From a virus, in IMG/VR virus record IMGVR_UViG_3300031951_000015, positions 96,001 through 160,000 of that record: a stretch of DNA of 64,000 bases; one strand, given 5' to 3'. The notes under the pieces are model-generated. The model was not told the origin of the DNA and searched no databases. It worked only from the letters and a program-made list of their open reading frames with translations. The position numbers and the translations under genes are program-made. Shown here piece after piece: positions 39,022-49,000 of this stretch (position 1 is the first letter of the stretch; each line of letters begins with the position of its first letter).

Positions 39022-39642
39022 TCACTTCCAGCGTTTGCCAACCGTCCATCCAACAAGGGATTTACGGGTTCCTTTCGTAACTTTAAGAACTCTGTGCTGT
39101 GTGCGAGAATCAAACAGGATTACAGTGCCACGCTTACGAGGTGCAATATAACTATTACCTGCTTCATCAAGAAGTTGCAGGTTTCCACCTTCATAATCAT
39201 CGGGGTCGCTCAACTGAACCACGAAAGAAAGTTTCCGTACAAGTTCAACATTCTCATTCAGGAAGTCTTGTGCAAGACCTTCTTGACGATTACCAACACT
39301 TACGGGTTTGTATTGAGTTGCAAGTCCTGCGTCATTATGCCAACCATAAAACTGTCCCTCTTCATACTTTGTAAACTGCATTGATTCTCCATCAATACAG
39401 TGCAAGTCATAGAGGAAGTTCTCACGGTTTGCTCTTTGAATGTAATGCCATACGAATCCACCAACCCAATGTGTGGTAGGGATCCAAGCATTTTGTGAGT
39501 TTCGTTTATCTTTATTGAGTGCGTCTCCGTGCAGTCGGGAGTCCGCCATTTGCTCTTCGAACTTTTCTGTGAGATCTCGTTCGATAATATCTACTACGTC
39601 TTCTGGTAGATCACTGAAATACCAAATTGATTGAAATGCCAT
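39022..39642 (-). CDS. 2OG-Fe(II) prolyl-hydroxylase-like oxygenase
   Basis: WHND..RKLS..YEGG..FDS..HRV..R.SLVGW. Confidence 0.88.
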   Translation of the reverse strand: MAFQSIWYFSDLPEDVVDIIERDLTEKFEEQMADSRLHGDALNKDKRNSQNAWIPTTHWVGGFVWHYIQRANRENFLYDLHCIDGESMQFTKYEEGQFYGWHNDAGLATQYKPVSVGNRQEGLAQDFLNENVELVRKLSFVVQLSDPDDYEGGNLQLLDEAGNSYIAPRKRGTVILFDSRTQHRVLKVTKGTRKSLVGWTVGKRWK

Positions 39643-39665
39643 ATGTGAATAATGTATTCAGGTTT

Positions 39666-39694
39666 ATTATATATGAGATTGGTTAGAATGTCAA
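39666..39694 (-). promoter_or_regulatory. consensus sigma70 promoter of the oxygenase operon
   Basis: TTGACA-N17-TATAAT. Confidence 0.8.
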
Positions 39695-39711
39695 ATTACA
39701 GATTATACTTT

Positions 39712-40689
39712 TTACTCATACGGATTTGCATAAGAAAATCTAGTATTAAATTTCGATGAATTCCAAGCATATGTTCCATTATATACTCCACGATCAGCAA
39801 CCCCAACAGAAAAATTACTATTAATAGTTTGACCATAAGTATTGGTAGAATTTGCTCCCGATGTAGTAGTGGAAGCATCATTTCCTGTGCAGTTATAATT
39901 ATTACAATTACTACCACCAGTATAATTACTACCATTCCAAGTTCCCAAGTGAACACAATAATAAGAATCAGAAACTATTGCATCACTATTATCATAATGC
40001 ATAGTAAATAAATCATTAGTTTGATCTCTAGCTCCTACATTTTGTATTGGATTTTGAGCGATTTTAGAACTGGCATTAACACTTCTAAAAACACAATTAT
40101 AAAATCGACCCCTACTATTTGGAGCGTGAAATGCAGTCATATAATTAGTAGTTCTTGCAGTATCTCTAACTTTTTCTAATATAGCACCATAAATATCAGA
40201 TCTAGTAGTAGAATCACCAGCACTGATGTGGTGATCACGACCAGCACCAGAATTTCTAGCTCTTAAGAGAGTTTGTCCTGGTGCAGCAATAACTCTAAAA
40301 TAACTAGTACCATTATCAATGACACCAAGTTGACTAGTACTAGTATTCCAATCAATATAATGAAATCCTTTGATTACAATACATGAATTAGCAGCAAGTC
40401 CACTAGTGCCATCTACATTAAAAAGACTATAAAAAGTTCTTTTCGGTGCAGTAATAGAATTTCCAGAATTAGCATCATTTCCAAATTCAGAATCAACATA
40501 AATCATAGTATACCCAGCACTAGCACTAGAACTAATCAAAGTTTGATATGCATTTGGAAAATCTGAAAGGGAAAGTGCTCCGGCGACAGGTGATGCAGCA
40601 GCAGCACTAGCCTTACCAAACCCAAAACCACCTACACCCCTTGTGATACCTGTAAAGACAGGTGATTCTTTTTTATGATGTTCAAACAT
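39712..40689 (-). CDS. non-glycine-rich fibre tip (beta-helix-like)
   Basis: SPVFTG..GFGFG leader; IYVD..GNDANSG.S..PK.T. Confidence 0.55.
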   Translation of the reverse strand: MFEHHKKESPVFTGITRGVGGFGFGKASAAAASPVAGALSLSDFPNAYQTLISSSASAGYTMIYVDSEFGNDANSGNSITAPKRTFYSLFNVDGTSGLAANSCIVIKGFHYIDWNTSTSQLGVIDNGTSYFRVIAAPGQTLLRARNSGAGRDHHISAGDSTTRSDIYGAILEKVRDTARTTNYMTAFHAPNSRGRFYNCVFRSVNASSKIAQNPIQNVGARDQTNDLFTMHYDNSDAIVSDSYYCVHLGTWNGSNYTGGSNCNNYNCTGNDASTTTSGANSTNTYGQTINSNFSVGVADRGVYNGTYAWNSSKFNTRFSYANPYE

Positions 40690-40702
40690 TATTCAACCCT
40701 CC

Positions 40703-41659
40703 TTAAGGTCTTAAACCACCATATCTAAAACTACCATTGTTCGTGGCAAGAACATTATAGTTTCCAATTGTTCCAGTGCCACTTCCATTATAATGAATTG
40801 CAAAACTTACAATATCAATATCATTTGCAGTCGATGAAATTGTTATTGTTGATGCAGTAGCAACTCTTGCCGAAGTTGAGAATCCAGCAACATTATAAGG
40901 AGTAAGTCTAATATTAGTTCCAATACCAGTAGAACCAGTAGTATTACCAGTTCCAGTTGCGTTTTGTGTGAAGATAATCGTGAAGGTTGTTAAAGAGTTT
41001 TTTGTTGCAGGAAAGTCTCTTAATGAAACAATACCAACCTGCCCATTTGCAAGGTTATGAGTAAATACAGTTCCGTTCTGGGCATCACATTCTAATATAA
41101 TATTTGTAGTCCCAGCAATAGCAACGGTTGATGCAGTACTTACAGTTTCTACTGCACCCTTAATATCAACGGCATTACTGAACGCAAATGCATCAGAGTT
41201 GCTATTCCAAGTAAAAGTCTTATCTCCATCAGAACCACCAAAGATTGTCAGTCCAGCACCATCTGCGGTTGTATTAGATGGAGTTGACGTAGTTCCAATA
41301 CCAATGTTCTTATCTTCTACTACTAAATTAACAGTATCAATTGTTGTTGTGGTTCCATTAACAGACAGATTTCCGCCAACAGTTAGATCATTAAGAGTTA
41401 ATGTGCTAGTTACATTAAGATTAGAAGCAGTAATAACACCAGCAGTCGCATTAAGATTTCCAGTTACTGTTAGGTTACCAGTGTTAGTAAAGTTTCCACT
41501 ATTAGTAATATTACCAGAGTTAGTCAGGTTACCAGCATTCGTAATGCCACCGGTACTTGTAACAGAAACAATACCCGTCACCGCAAGAGTATTAGTTTCT
41601 GGAACCGTTACAACCGATCCAGTTCTTGATTTAATATTGTCTACTCTTAATGTTGACAT
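40703..41659 (-). CDS. tail fibre adapter protein
   Basis: MSTLRVDNI, GNxTN repeats, ..NGSFR. Confidence 0.7.
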   Translation of the reverse strand: MSTLRVDNIKSRTGSVVTVPETNTLAVTGIVSVTSTGGITNAGNLTNSGNITNSGNFTNTGNLTVTGNLNATAGVITASNLNVTSTLTLNDLTVGGNLSVNGTTTTIDTVNLVVEDKNIGIGTTSTPSNTTADGAGLTIFGGSDGDKTFTWNSNSDAFAFSNAVDIKGAVETVSTASTVAIAGTTNIILECDAQNGTVFTHNLANGQVGIVSLRDFPATKNSLTTFTIIFTQNATGTGNTTGSTGIGTNIRLTPYNVAGFSTSARVATASTITISSTANDIDIVSFAIHYNGSGTGTIGNYNVLATNNGSFRYGGLRP

Positions 41660-41686
41660 CTTGAACTTTCTTTTTAGTTATTTAGA

Positions 41687-41887
41687 TTAGTTTTCTTCTA
41701 TGATAAGGATGCACCCATCACCAATACTTAATATAGATCCCGTTTCAATATCAACTGTCGCATCTTCATCGTGAAGTATAAAGGAAGTTTTATATGGAAA
41801 TTCAATATCAATATTAGATTCTACCACATTTTTTTGTGTATTTCGAAAAGTATTATCAACAAAACCTAACTGAACTGGAATTGTCAT
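41687..41887 (-). CDS. small fibre connector
   Basis: Resembles the C-terminus of 41884-42327 (DATVDIETGSILSIG). Confidence 0.6.
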   Translation of the reverse strand: MTIPVQLGFVDNTFRNTQKNVVESNIDIEFPYKTSFILHDEDATVDIETGSILSIGDGCILIIEEN

Positions 41888-42327
41888 ACATCCACAATAC
41901 TGAAGAATACTCCACTTCCAACACTTAATGTTGAACCTGATTCAATATCAACAGTTACATCTGGATCAGCATAAATCAAGGCAGTCTTGTTTGGTAGTTC
42001 AAGATCAATGTTAGAGTCTATCACATTCTTATAAGCAAATACTGTGGAATCATAAACAACTGACGCTCCACCACCACCACCAGAAATACTAATATCAACT
42101 CTGTTATTGTGAACAGTAATTGTATTTCCGGTTCCAATAAAGTTTAGCGCAGTTATAATGCCACTATGAATTGCAGTACCACCAGAGTAAATACCAATCG
42201 CCTGAATACCACCAGTTGCAGTTACAACACCAGAAAAAGTTGCTTGAGTGCCATCTATCTGCCCATCAAAATTTAATGGACTATCAAGACCTTTTCCATC
42301 AACCTTTGTAAGTCTTTCTAATGCCAT
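41884..42327 (-). CDS. fibre connector
   Basis: ALNFIGTG..VDISISG; DVTVDIESGSTLSVG. Confidence 0.6.
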   Translation of the reverse strand: MALERLTKVDGKGLDSPLNFDGQIDGTQATFSGVVTATGGIQAIGIYSGGTAIHSGIITALNFIGTGNTITVHNNRVDISISGGGGGASVVYDSTVFAYKNVIDSNIDLELPNKTALIYADPDVTVDIESGSTLSVGSGVFFSIVDV

Positions 42328-42335
42328 AATGCCTC

Positions 42336-42695
42336 CTAGAATAGACCAAGAACATTAGTTTTAACTGTGGTTCCAGCAGAAATATGTATTGTAGAACCTG
42401 CGGAAATTGTGATATTTTTTGCTCTCACAAAAGCAACATTTCCTTGTGCATCAGTTGCAGTTATAGTCTTTATACCACAACTTGCCCCACCAAGAGTGAG
42501 AGTTATTGGTGTTGCAAAAACCTGATTTAATCCACAGTCTTGTCCAACAGCATCAGCAAATCCACTTACACCAGTTAAACTAGATCCATCGCCACTGAAA
42601 GATGTGGCGGTTATAATACCTGTGGAATTAATATTATTGACTTGATAATCTTCACCTGGTTTAATTACACCTTGTGTAATTTTAGTGAGTGCCAT
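42336..42695 (-). CDS. fibre connector
   Basis: MALTKI..GIITATSFSGDGS. Confidence 0.6.
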   Translation of the reverse strand: MALTKITQGVIKPGEDYQVNNINSTGIITATSFSGDGSSLTGVSGFADAVGQDCGLNQVFATPITLTLGGASCGIKTITATDAQGNVAFVRAKNITISAGSTIHISAGTTVKTNVLGLF

Positions 42696-42696
42696 A

Positions 42697-43023
42697 TCAG
42701 GTCATCTCCAAAATAGTCAGAGCAACATCAAGACTATTATTTGTATCGCTAATAACCGTTAAGGTATCCGTAGCTTCTAATACTACTTTATTTCCTTGCA
42801 TAAACTCCAAAGAAGATCCTTGTGGAATCGGAACATTTTTAAGAAGTTTAATACTTTCTTGACTGACTCTGCTGACTCCTACGCCAACATTAATGCCAGA
42901 CCCAGATACATTAGCAAGCGTGATTCCGATTACTGTCGTGGTAGTCGCCGCAGGAACAGTATAAACCGAAACCGTAGTGACTCCTACGTTTGCCTTCGTT
43001 TTGAGTTTAAAAGTATTAGCCAT
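42697..43023 (-). CDS. small beta-rich connector
   Basis: MANTFK..YTVP..LAN..KVVLE..D..LE. Confidence 0.65.
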   Translation of the reverse strand: MANTFKLKTKANVGVTTVSVYTVPAATTTTVIGITLANVSGSGINVGVGVSRVSQESIKLLKNVPIPQGSSLEFMQGNKVVLEATDTLTVISDTNNSLDVALTILEMT

Positions 43024-43028
43024 TTATA

Positions 43029-43661
43029 TCATCCGAATGCAATTGAGAGTCTAACTGCTTCATCGAGAATGTTGTTTCCACCAACTCTGATCGCTGTTGA
43101 ACTATTTATATCTCCATTCACATCCAGTTTATACGCTGGTGCAGCACTTCCGATCCCCACAGAACCAGTTTGAGTATCATATACAAATCTATCAGTTTGA
43201 GTAGAAACTCCAATAATTGAAGTGCTTGCTCCACCAACAAAAGCAATATCCTGAATTCGTGGAGTAAATACTGTTGATATACTTAAAGATCCACCACCAG
43301 AAGCAGAAGCAGCGGCAATTGCAGTAAAGTCAACAACAATTGTAGATCCATAACCAGTAATACTGATTCCAGTTCCTACAAAATTAATATCAGTAAATCC
43401 AACACCAATTCTATTGGTAACAATTCCAGACTGTGGATTTACTTGATCAGATCCTACACCAACACCAGCAACAAATAACTGACCATTTTTATAAAGGTCA
43501 CGTGTGAAGTTTATGTCACCATAAACGTCAAGTTTATATTGGGGATTGGTTGTTCCAATACCAACATAGGGAGTCGCAGTTGTAGCAATTCCAATATTTC
43601 TGCTGGAATCATCTACACTTATAAATGAACCTAGTTGCGATAACTCCCTATTATTTGCCAT
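43029..43661 (-). CDS. fibre shaft protein
   Basis: VGIGTTNP.YKLDV.GDIN twice; ends LSIAFG. Confidence 0.65.
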   Translation of the reverse strand: MANNRELSQLGSFISVDDSSRNIGIATTATPYVGIGTTNPQYKLDVYGDINFTRDLYKNGQLFVAGVGVGSDQVNPQSGIVTNRIGVGFTDINFVGTGISITGYGSTIVVDFTAIAAASASGGGSLSISTVFTPRIQDIAFVGGASTSIIGVSTQTDRFVYDTQTGSVGIGSAAPAYKLDVNGDINSSTAIRVGGNNILDEAVRLSIAFG

Positions 43662-43731
43662 CTTATAAGATTTCTCTTGTAGTTAGTCTTTATCTATAAT
43701 ATTTATCCTCACAAATTTCAGGCGAACAGTA

Positions 43732-44496
43732 TTATTCCAAATAAGTAACCTTTACCACAATTAACCCAGGTGATCCTGGACCACCAGGAGCACCACCAGA
43801 AGTATTACCATCATATTCTGCACCACCGCCACCGCCGCCACCACCAGCGCCATATCCAGTACCACCAGCACCACCTGTTCCACCATAACGAAATGCATTT
43901 CCACCAGCACTTGTAACTGTATATCCTGTTCCACCAGTTGTTCCAGATGTAGTTGGGATTGATGGTAAATTTTGTGCGGGTAAAGATCCATTTGATGAAA
44001 AATAAACTCCACCTGCTCCACCAATACCACCCTTTCCAGCAAATCCATCTCCTGGTGGAGATCCATCAGTACCTTTTGGATATGCAGTAATTGTGTAATC
44101 ACTAAAAACATCTCTGACTGGTTGTGGAATTGTTAATAGAGTTCCACTTGGTCCAGGATTAGGTCCAGAAATTGGTGTTGGATAATTTGATCCCACGGAT
44201 ATAGGAACTGGACTAGATCCTGTTTGATTCAATAAAACGCTAACAAATCCACTCGATCCACCAGCACCACCTTGTCCACCATTTGATGAGTATGATATTC
44301 CAGGTTGTCCTGCACTACCTCCACTACCAGCAGTAATACTAAAATAATCGACACTTTGCACCTGTGGAATAGATGCCAAGTCAAGAGTTCCTGGTGAAGT
44401 AAATTGAAAATATTTCTTTAACAGTCTACGTTGTGTTCTCTTTACAGGTTTTCCAATTCCTCTATTGAATCCAACTCTTGAAAATATTGGAGACAT
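43732..44496 (-). CDS. glycine-rich fibre tip
   Basis: MSPIFS.., GYGAGGGGG, GLIVV. Confidence 0.65.
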   Translation of the reverse strand: MSPIFSRVGFNRGIGKPVKRTQRRLLKKYFQFTSPGTLDLASIPQVQSVDYFSITAGSGGSAGQPGISYSSNGGQGGAGGSSGFVSVLLNQTGSSPVPISVGSNYPTPISGPNPGPSGTLLTIPQPVRDVFSDYTITAYPKGTDGSPPGDGFAGKGGIGGAGGVYFSSNGSLPAQNLPSIPTTSGTTGGTGYTVTSAGGNAFRYGGTGGAGGTGYGAGGGGGGGGAEYDGNTSGGAPGGPGSPGLIVVKVTYLE

Positions 44497-44498
44497 AA

Positions 44499-46067
44499 TT
44501 AACGATAACCTCCATTGACAACACCAAGAATATCATAGTTTGCAGTGCTGCTGGCAGATCCAATAGTGTTAATGCCGGTAAAACTATAAATGTCGTAACC
44601 ACTTGTTGTCGTTACACCAGAAATAGATTCTAATAGAGATCCACCAAACCATTTAATTGTTTTTGATACACCGTTCAGTGTTATTGCAGTACAACTTCTT
44701 GCAACTCCAGTTTGATTTACAAAAACACTAAACGTAATAACGTGATTATCAAAATCAGAAGTTGTAGGAATACCTGTGACTGCTAATGTAATATTGCCAG
44801 TTGGATTGGTTGCAAATCCAATATTAGCGCCATTTGAATTATAAACTAAACTTACAGTGTTTCCATCTGCTCTTGTAAGTTTTTCGGCAACATTTACAAA
44901 TCTCAATTCATTTGGAATGATTAATGAAGATCCACTAACTTCTAATACATGACCCATCAAGGAATGCACTGTGCATTGATAATACAAAGAACTTGGTGTC
45001 GCTTCTGTTACAAATATTTCAGTGTATGCTCCTATACTTCCAGCAGTTCCGTTTGTAGTTACATTAGTTGAGTATAATGTATTTCTATTTGCATCCAAGT
45101 AAAATCTAAATGGGTGTCCAGAGTTTGAAGAGTCTGATTGATCAAAACGATAAGTTTTACCTGGAAGTAGTGTTAAAAATGGTGACTCTATACCATTCAA
45201 ATAATATCCATTACCAGATCCACTTCCATAATAACGATGATTTGTTGTCTTCGAAGCAACCGTGACAGTATAAGTTAAAGTGGTTGAACTTGCCGCTCCA
45301 ACCAAAGATTTATATCCTGATAGTTGTTCTGCTGTCGCAATGCCACTTACATTAATACTAGTGGATTGTATTTGAGTTAGTGTTGAAACACCAGAAGTTA
45401 CAACCAATCCACCCGAATCAATTCTTACACCAGTTCTAGCAGTTACAAGTCCAATAGAATCAATATTTGTTACATCTTCATATGTCAATGTTCCAGCAAT
45501 ACTTACATTGCCACTGAAAGAAGCACTAGTAGCAGTTAAAAATCCAGAAACATTTAAATTATTTGTAGAAGTATCCCCTGTGATAGAAACCCCAGAACTA
45601 GTGGTTTCAATCTTTTTAGAATTATCATAATAAAGTTCTACTGATCCCCCACCTAGGAATCTTGCAAAAGTGTCATTTGTTGAGTGTTGTTTGAAATCAA
45701 TATCAGATCCAGATACAATAAGAGATCCCGATCCAGTATCCTCAATATATGAGTTTGATCCATTATTATAAATTCTTAAATCATTATTGTCGCCAATATT
45801 TAAATTATATCCGTTTCTAACTTGAACTGCACCATCAAATGTAGAAACACCAGTTACTCTTAAACTAGTTGCAGATACTGCTCCACCAACAACTGATGAA
45901 GATACACCACTAACATTAGCATATGTAGCAATTCCAGATGATGCAACAATCCCTGTTAGTTGACTTCCACTACCTACAAAAGAAGTTGCAGTTACAATTC
46001 CACCACTTATTGTGACGCCAGTTCCTACTTCGAGTCCATTTTTGACTCTAAAATTCTGATTAGCCAA
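44499..46067 (-). CDS. tail fibre adapter with cupredoxin-like insert
   Basis: FRVKNGL N-terminus (TTG start); YRFDQSDSSNSGHPFRF..YYQCTVHSLMG; ..NGGYR. Confidence 0.7.
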   Translation of the reverse strand: MANQNFRVKNGLEVGTGVTISGGIVTATSFVGSGSQLTGIVASSGIATYANVSGVSSSVVGGAVSATSLRVTGVSTFDGAVQVRNGYNLNIGDNNDLRIYNNGSNSYIEDTGSGSLIVSGSDIDFKQHSTNDTFARFLGGGSVELYYDNSKKIETTSSGVSITGDTSTNNLNVSGFLTATSASFSGNVSIAGTLTYEDVTNIDSIGLVTARTGVRIDSGGLVVTSGVSTLTQIQSTSINVSGIATAEQLSGYKSLVGAASSTTLTYTVTVASKTTNHRYYGSGSGNGYYLNGIESPFLTLLPGKTYRFDQSDSSNSGHPFRFYLDANRNTLYSTNVTTNGTAGSIGAYTEIFVTEATPSSLYYQCTVHSLMGHVLEVSGSSLIIPNELRFVNVAEKLTRADGNTVSLVYNSNGANIGFATNPTGNITLAVTGIPTTSDFDNHVITFSVFVNQTGVARSCTAITLNGVSKTIKWFGGSLLESISGVTTTSGYDIYSFTGINTIGSASSTANYDILGVVNGGYR

Positions 46068-46099
46068 GGTTCACTATCCCCTTAGTTTTTAGATATTTA

Positions 46100-49000
46100 T
46101 CAGACCTTAATTGCCGTGAACTTAATCTTATAGTTTGTTGCAATTGCTGCTGATGGAGTTACAAGTAAACGAATGTTTCCACCAGAGATGTCAACATCAA
46201 ATGTTCCAAGTGAATCTATTGTAAAGACTGTTCCATACTCAGTGTTATATGCAATCAGACCGTCATGAATAACAAGTAACTTTGTTAGATGATATTTTAA
46301 TCCTTGTGTTGCCTGAATAGTGTATTCAACTGAACGATATGTTGAAGATGATAGCGTATGAATTGCAGTCTGAGATGTTGTTGATGTTGTTGCAGTTACC
46401 GTGTAATCATTAACCCAATTAGAACCATTATATGTAAGATTTTCACCTGCCGCTGGTGGAAGATTTAAAGCAACATCAGAAAGTTCATCTAGGACTGATG
46501 CGCCACCACCACCACCGCCACCACCAACACTAGTCGTATTGTAAGAAACAAACTCAACAATATCATTAACAAAAGCAGGAGAACTCAGAGTAATTGTAGT
46601 TCCGTTTGTTGCAGTATACTCACTTGAAGTTAACTTAACACCATTAACAAATACATCAAGGAAGTTTACATTATAAGCAAAACTAAATGATGTTTGACCA
46701 TCTGTTGCAACATTGGTTTGGGTGGTTCTTAAAGTTGGGAATGTTGCCCAAGTAACACCAACACCAGTTGATTGTAAATATTGACCAGAGAATCCTGTTG
46801 TAGTTCCTGTGCTTATCGCACCAGTGAATGTAGAAACACCAGAAACACTTAATTGTGTAGGAGCAAAATTAGTTCCACTTAAAGTATTTGTGGATGAGTT
46901 ATAAACTAAATCGGAGTTCGTTGCCGATTGAGTCATTGTGCCAGTTGTCTGGCTGGTTAATACTAATCTCTGAGTTCCAGATGCGGCATTTAATGTAGAT
47001 CCAGTGTTAGCAAGATTTGAACCATCACCATAGAATGCAGTTGCACTTATGATACCAGTTGCTGGATATGCGGTAATTGCAGATCCAATATTGACAATAT
47101 TATTAAATGTTGAAACACCAGTTACATTTAATGTAGTTGCACTAGCAACTCCAAGAGAACTTGTACCAGTAACAGTGATGTTGCGAACTGTTGCTTCATC
47201 AAATACAAGATCATTTTGAATGTATAGGTTTCCACCGACATAAAGATCACTACTAAATGTACCTACACCAATAAATGTTGAAAGACCAGAAACACTAAGT
47301 TGATTGGAGAATAGTGATGTAGAAGTTGTAACTCCTAATGTGGTAATTCCAGTATTAACTACTAGAGAATCAAATGTAGGAGTATCTGATAAGCGAACAG
47401 TTGCAATACCATTTGGTTGTGGGTCTGCTGTCGCAATAATATTACTTCCTACAAAATCAAGAGTTGTAATACTTCCAGCAGTTCCTACAACAGATCCTTC
47501 ATCTTTAACAATAAATCCGTTTAGGATATTATTAACAGAGAAGATACCTGGAACTTCTGCCCAAGTCCAACCACCTGCACCATCCGCCTTTGCAAGATAT
47601 TCAGATCCACCAAAGTCAGTTCCATCAGGAGTCAGTTTTGGAGCATGAAGAGTTGCTAATGTCGAAACACCAGAAACACTTAACTGGTTTCCAAAAATGG
47701 TTGAATTACTTGTAGTAATTCCAATGAATGTCGAAACACCAGAAACACTCAGTTGATTTGTGAAGAGTGTTTGTGTTGTAGTGGCACCAGATCCGAGTGT
47801 TGTAATTCCACTGATAATAACATCACCAATGACCTGCAATTTAGCAGTTGGATTTGTTGAACCAATACCAAGATTGCCACTGGAAGGAACGTATCCAACC
47901 TCCGTATCAGCAATACCAATTGAAGTAACACCAATATTATTTGCAAAAGTTGGATAAACTGGTGATGCAGATAAGACCTGATTAACAACATTAAATGCAT
48001 TAACACCAAAAAGGTTCGAACCATCTCCATAATATTTGATGGTTGTAACACCAGGATTTGATGATGTAATAATTCCAGATGAAATTGTTACTCCATCAAT
48101 AGTTCCAATACCACTAATATTAATTTGTGGTGCTTGAATGGTATCATAAACTGTTATGCCATATCCAGTTGTTTCAAGACGCTTAACATTATTGTGATAT
48201 AATTCAACAGCACCATTGTTTATAAAGCGTGCTTGATATTCACCCTGGGCAACATTATATACGTCAACACCTACACCATCAGATGCAAGAACAAGACTTC
48301 CAACACCAGTTTCTCTTAGATAACTATTGGATCCATCGTGGAAAATTTGTAAGTCATTACCATCACCAAAATTAAGAACATCAGTATCACCAAAGTATGC
48401 ATTTCCTCTAAATGTTGCTACACCAGCAATTTCTATATTTTTGGTATAGAGTTGTCCAGTAGTTGTGAATCCAAGAGTTGTAGTGTCAGTTACCGTTGCA
48501 TTACGGGCAGTAAACTCATCAAAGAATAGATCATCTTTAATATAGAGATCACCACCAACATAAAGATCTCCACCAGTAGTCGTAATACCACCAGCGGAAG
48601 AGAGAGTTGTGAGACCAGTTACATTCAGATCATTTGGAATGAGAACTGTTGGGGTGGATGTTGTAGTGAAGTTAATCGCTTGATATCCTTGCCCATTATT
48701 AATACTTGAAGCACCAATGGTTCCTTGGAATGCTACATTTCCAGATCCATTGTAAATGTAGAATGAGTTAGTTCCATCTGCTGCCTGAATAAAACCACTG
48801 CTAGGTCTAAAAGTATTTGCAGTGATAATACCAGTTGCATTTACGCTGATTGCTGATACAACACCAACAGTTGTCAGTCCAGCGACATTCAGATTTCCAG
48901 TAATTGTTGCATTGCGAGCAGTAAACTCATCAAATACTAAGTCATCTTTTACATATAAGTCCCCACCAACATAAAGGTCTCCACCAGTTGTTGTGATACC

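Noticed and set aside
17728-44496. Many plus-strand and off-frame ORFs (His/Pro/Val-rich) over the glycine-rich genes
   Set aside because: Shadow frames of GGT/GGA codon runs; low complexity and no recognisable motifs.
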